Shown here piece after piece: positions 62,667 through 64,000 of a stretch of DNA of 64,000 nucleotides. The notes beneath the pieces were generated by a model. That model did no database searches. It had not been told where the DNA came from and was given only the letters and a program-made list of their open reading frames with translations. Position 1 is the first letter of the stretch. Each line of letters starts with the position of its first letter. The DNA comes from Candidatus Shapirobacteria bacterium (GTDB lineage Bacteria > Patescibacteriota > Microgenomatia > UBA12405 > BS750m-G30), in the NCBI GenBank assembly GCA_043817235.1, contig JBDRHA010000006.1, forward strand, positions 10,041 through 74,040, given 5' to 3'. The position numbers and the translations under genes are program-made.

Positions 62667-62736
62667 GCCCGTGGTGAAATGGCTATCATCAACGTCTCCA
62701 AAACGTTGGTTTCAGGTTCGAGTCCTGACGGGCCTG
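62665..62736 (+). tRNA. tRNA-Trp (anticodon CCA)
   Basis: AGGCCCG-TG-GTGA-AATGGCTA-TCAT-C-AACGT-CTCCAAA-ACGTT-GGTT-TCAGG-TTCGAGT-CCTGA-CGGGCCT-G. Good acceptor, anticodon and T arms. Confidence 0.75.
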
Positions 62737-62764
62737 CCGCGATTTTGAATGCTATAATTATTCT

Positions 62765-63229
62765 ATGGATGTAAAGATTAAGAAGGCTCGGACAAAAGAT
62801 TGGAAAGTGATTCAAAAACTCAATAATCAAGTTTATCTTAATGATAAAAAGAACGATGACGACCTTGATTTAACCCAGCCTTTTACCGAAAAAGGAATAA
62901 AATATTACAAAGATTTGGCTGAGGGCAAATATGGACATTGTTTGATTGCTTTTTTAGATAATAAGCCGGTTGGCTATATCGCTTTGGCCAAGAAGAGTTT
63001 CAGTTATCGGAAAAGCAAGTACGTAGAGGTTGAAAACATGGGAGTTGATCCTGAGTATCGTTCTAAAGGAATAGGGAAGAAATTGATGGATGCAGGAAGC
63101 AAGTGGGCCAAAAGCACGGGGGCAGCCAAAATGTGGGTGGTTGCTTACTGGGGGAACAAGGAGGCAATTAAGTTCTATAAAAAGAATGGTTTTTATGAGT
63201 CGGGTTTAGAGTTGGATAAAAAGCTATAG
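62765..63229 (+). CDS. GNAT-family N-acetyltransferase
   Basis: VENMGVDPEYRSKGIGKKLMDAGSKWAKSTGAAKMWV carries the acetyl-CoA-binding motif A (Q/RxxGxG/A). Confidence 0.8.
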   Translation: MDVKIKKARTKDWKVIQKLNNQVYLNDKKNDDDLDLTQPFTEKGIKYYKDLAEGKYGHCLIAFLDNKPVGYIALAKKSFSYRKSKYVEVENMGVDPEYRSKGIGKKLMDAGSKWAKSTGAAKMWVVAYWGNKEAIKFYKKNGFYESGLELDKKL

Positions 63230-63302
63230 TCTTTTTCTTAAAATAGGTTCTAACTCAAGTCCCTGCCAATCCGGCGGGCAAGTACCGGAATCTGCTGCTG
63301 TT

Positions 63303-63785
63303 TCATTCTATGGGGGAGAGGGCGAAAACATGGACGAAAACTAGTTCCCCTTGGTAAAAAATGCTTTCTTTTCCTGTGGTGACTGGAATATCATCTTCTC
63401 TGTCCATTATTTGGTATTCATATTGCCAATCTCCTTCTGATTCTGGCCCGAAGTCCTCGTAAAGTCGTATTTCGTCTCCGTTTTTAGTGATTTGTCCTTT
63501 AAGAAAGGCTATTACCTCTTTTTTAGTTAGTCCTAGCGACTCCAATATTTCTTCTGAAACAGTTCCTCCAGCGTAAACTCTGGTAAATCTTTTTCCATCT
63601 ACCTCAACTATTTCTTGTCCACCGCCTACCCTGTTTGCTAGCCACTCGTCGTGGTAAACATTGCCTTCTTCGGTTTCATAATGGCTTGATTCTAGCTCAA
63701 AAGGTCCTCTTTGAACATTTTCTCTAACTGTTTTGCCACCAAAACCTTCTTCTAGTCCTTTAGAGAGTAAAGCTTCTGTATTCAT
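63303..63785 (-). CDS. hypothetical protein
   Basis: 160-aa acidic ORF with no recognised motifs. Confidence 0.35.
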   Translation of the reverse strand: MNTEALLSKGLEEGFGGKTVRENVQRGPFELESSHYETEEGNVYHDEWLANRVGGGQEIVEVDGKRFTRVYAGGTVSEEILESLGLTKKEVIAFLKGQITKNGDEIRLYEDFGPESEGDWQYEYQIMDREDDIPVTTGKESIFYQGELVFVHVFALSPIE

Positions 63786-64000
63786 ACTCTTATTATATCA
63801 ATTGTTGAGTAGAGACTTACCCAAAACACAGGATTTAGGCTCAAAACAGGTTCTAGCATAGTAGTTCGGTAAACTCACTATAAATCCACAAGGGCCTGCT
63901 GCGTGTTTTCAGATGATATACTTTATTTATGAGAAGACCTATTAGGGTAGTGGGGATAATTATTAATAAAAATGGAATCCTTTTAATCCACAGAAAGAAG

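Overview
This window looks like part of a small-genome, monoderm-like bacterium, most plausibly a Candidate Phyla Radiation/Patescibacteria member. That placement is inferred from gene content only: long-form ndk, comEA/comEC, many small secreted proteins, aaRS genes with odd extensions, and about 40% GC. The genetic code is standard: TGA and TAA serve as stops, and the tRNA-Trp has a CCA anticodon.

Recognisable genes and RNAs:
- Translation and core functions: leuS, ileS, argS (with an extra N-terminal domain), pth, prs, mreB, ndk, tgt, nrdD/nrdG, a P-type ATPase, an M16 peptidase and an ECF sigma factor.
- Ribosomal genes: secE-nusG-rplK-rplA on the + strand, and a displaced, inverted rplJ-rplL on the - strand.
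- Four tRNAs (Lys-TTT, Arg-CCT, Ala-GGC, Trp-CCA), plus a disrupted second tRNA-Trp copy.
- Toxin-antitoxin and defence-like genes: three PIN/VapC modules (one decayed), an AbiEii-like nucleotidyltransferase, and a BrnA-like/NYN module.
- Two small GIY-YIG nuclease genes.
- A 7-kb minus-strand operon (770-7800) of tandemly duplicated secreted and surface-anchored proteins.

The most striking signal is not a gene. It is a superfamily of 75-150 bp palindromic, MITE-like elements whose termini are TGTCATTGCGAG...CTCGCAATGACA, with variants TGTCATTCCGAGCG and TGTCATCCTGAGCG. They occur in at least 19 clusters, by eye roughly 3.5-4 kb or 5-6% of the window. They fill most intergenic gaps. In the style of Rickettsia palindromic elements, they are also inserted in frame into essential genes: twice in ileS, as the C-terminal tail of pth, in the front part of a four-helix-bundle gene, and as a remnant in leuS.

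Other notable oddities:
- A GIY-YIG gene wedged between a broken and an intact copy of tRNA-Trp.
- An nrdD whose glycyl-radical tail is a separate, translationally coupled 46-codon ORF.
- 9-bp periodic TTATAAC repeats that encode shared signal peptides in the surface-protein operon.
- A 1.45-kb AT-rich ORF-free gap.
- A 37-nt motif present twice, bracketing a 9-kb segment.
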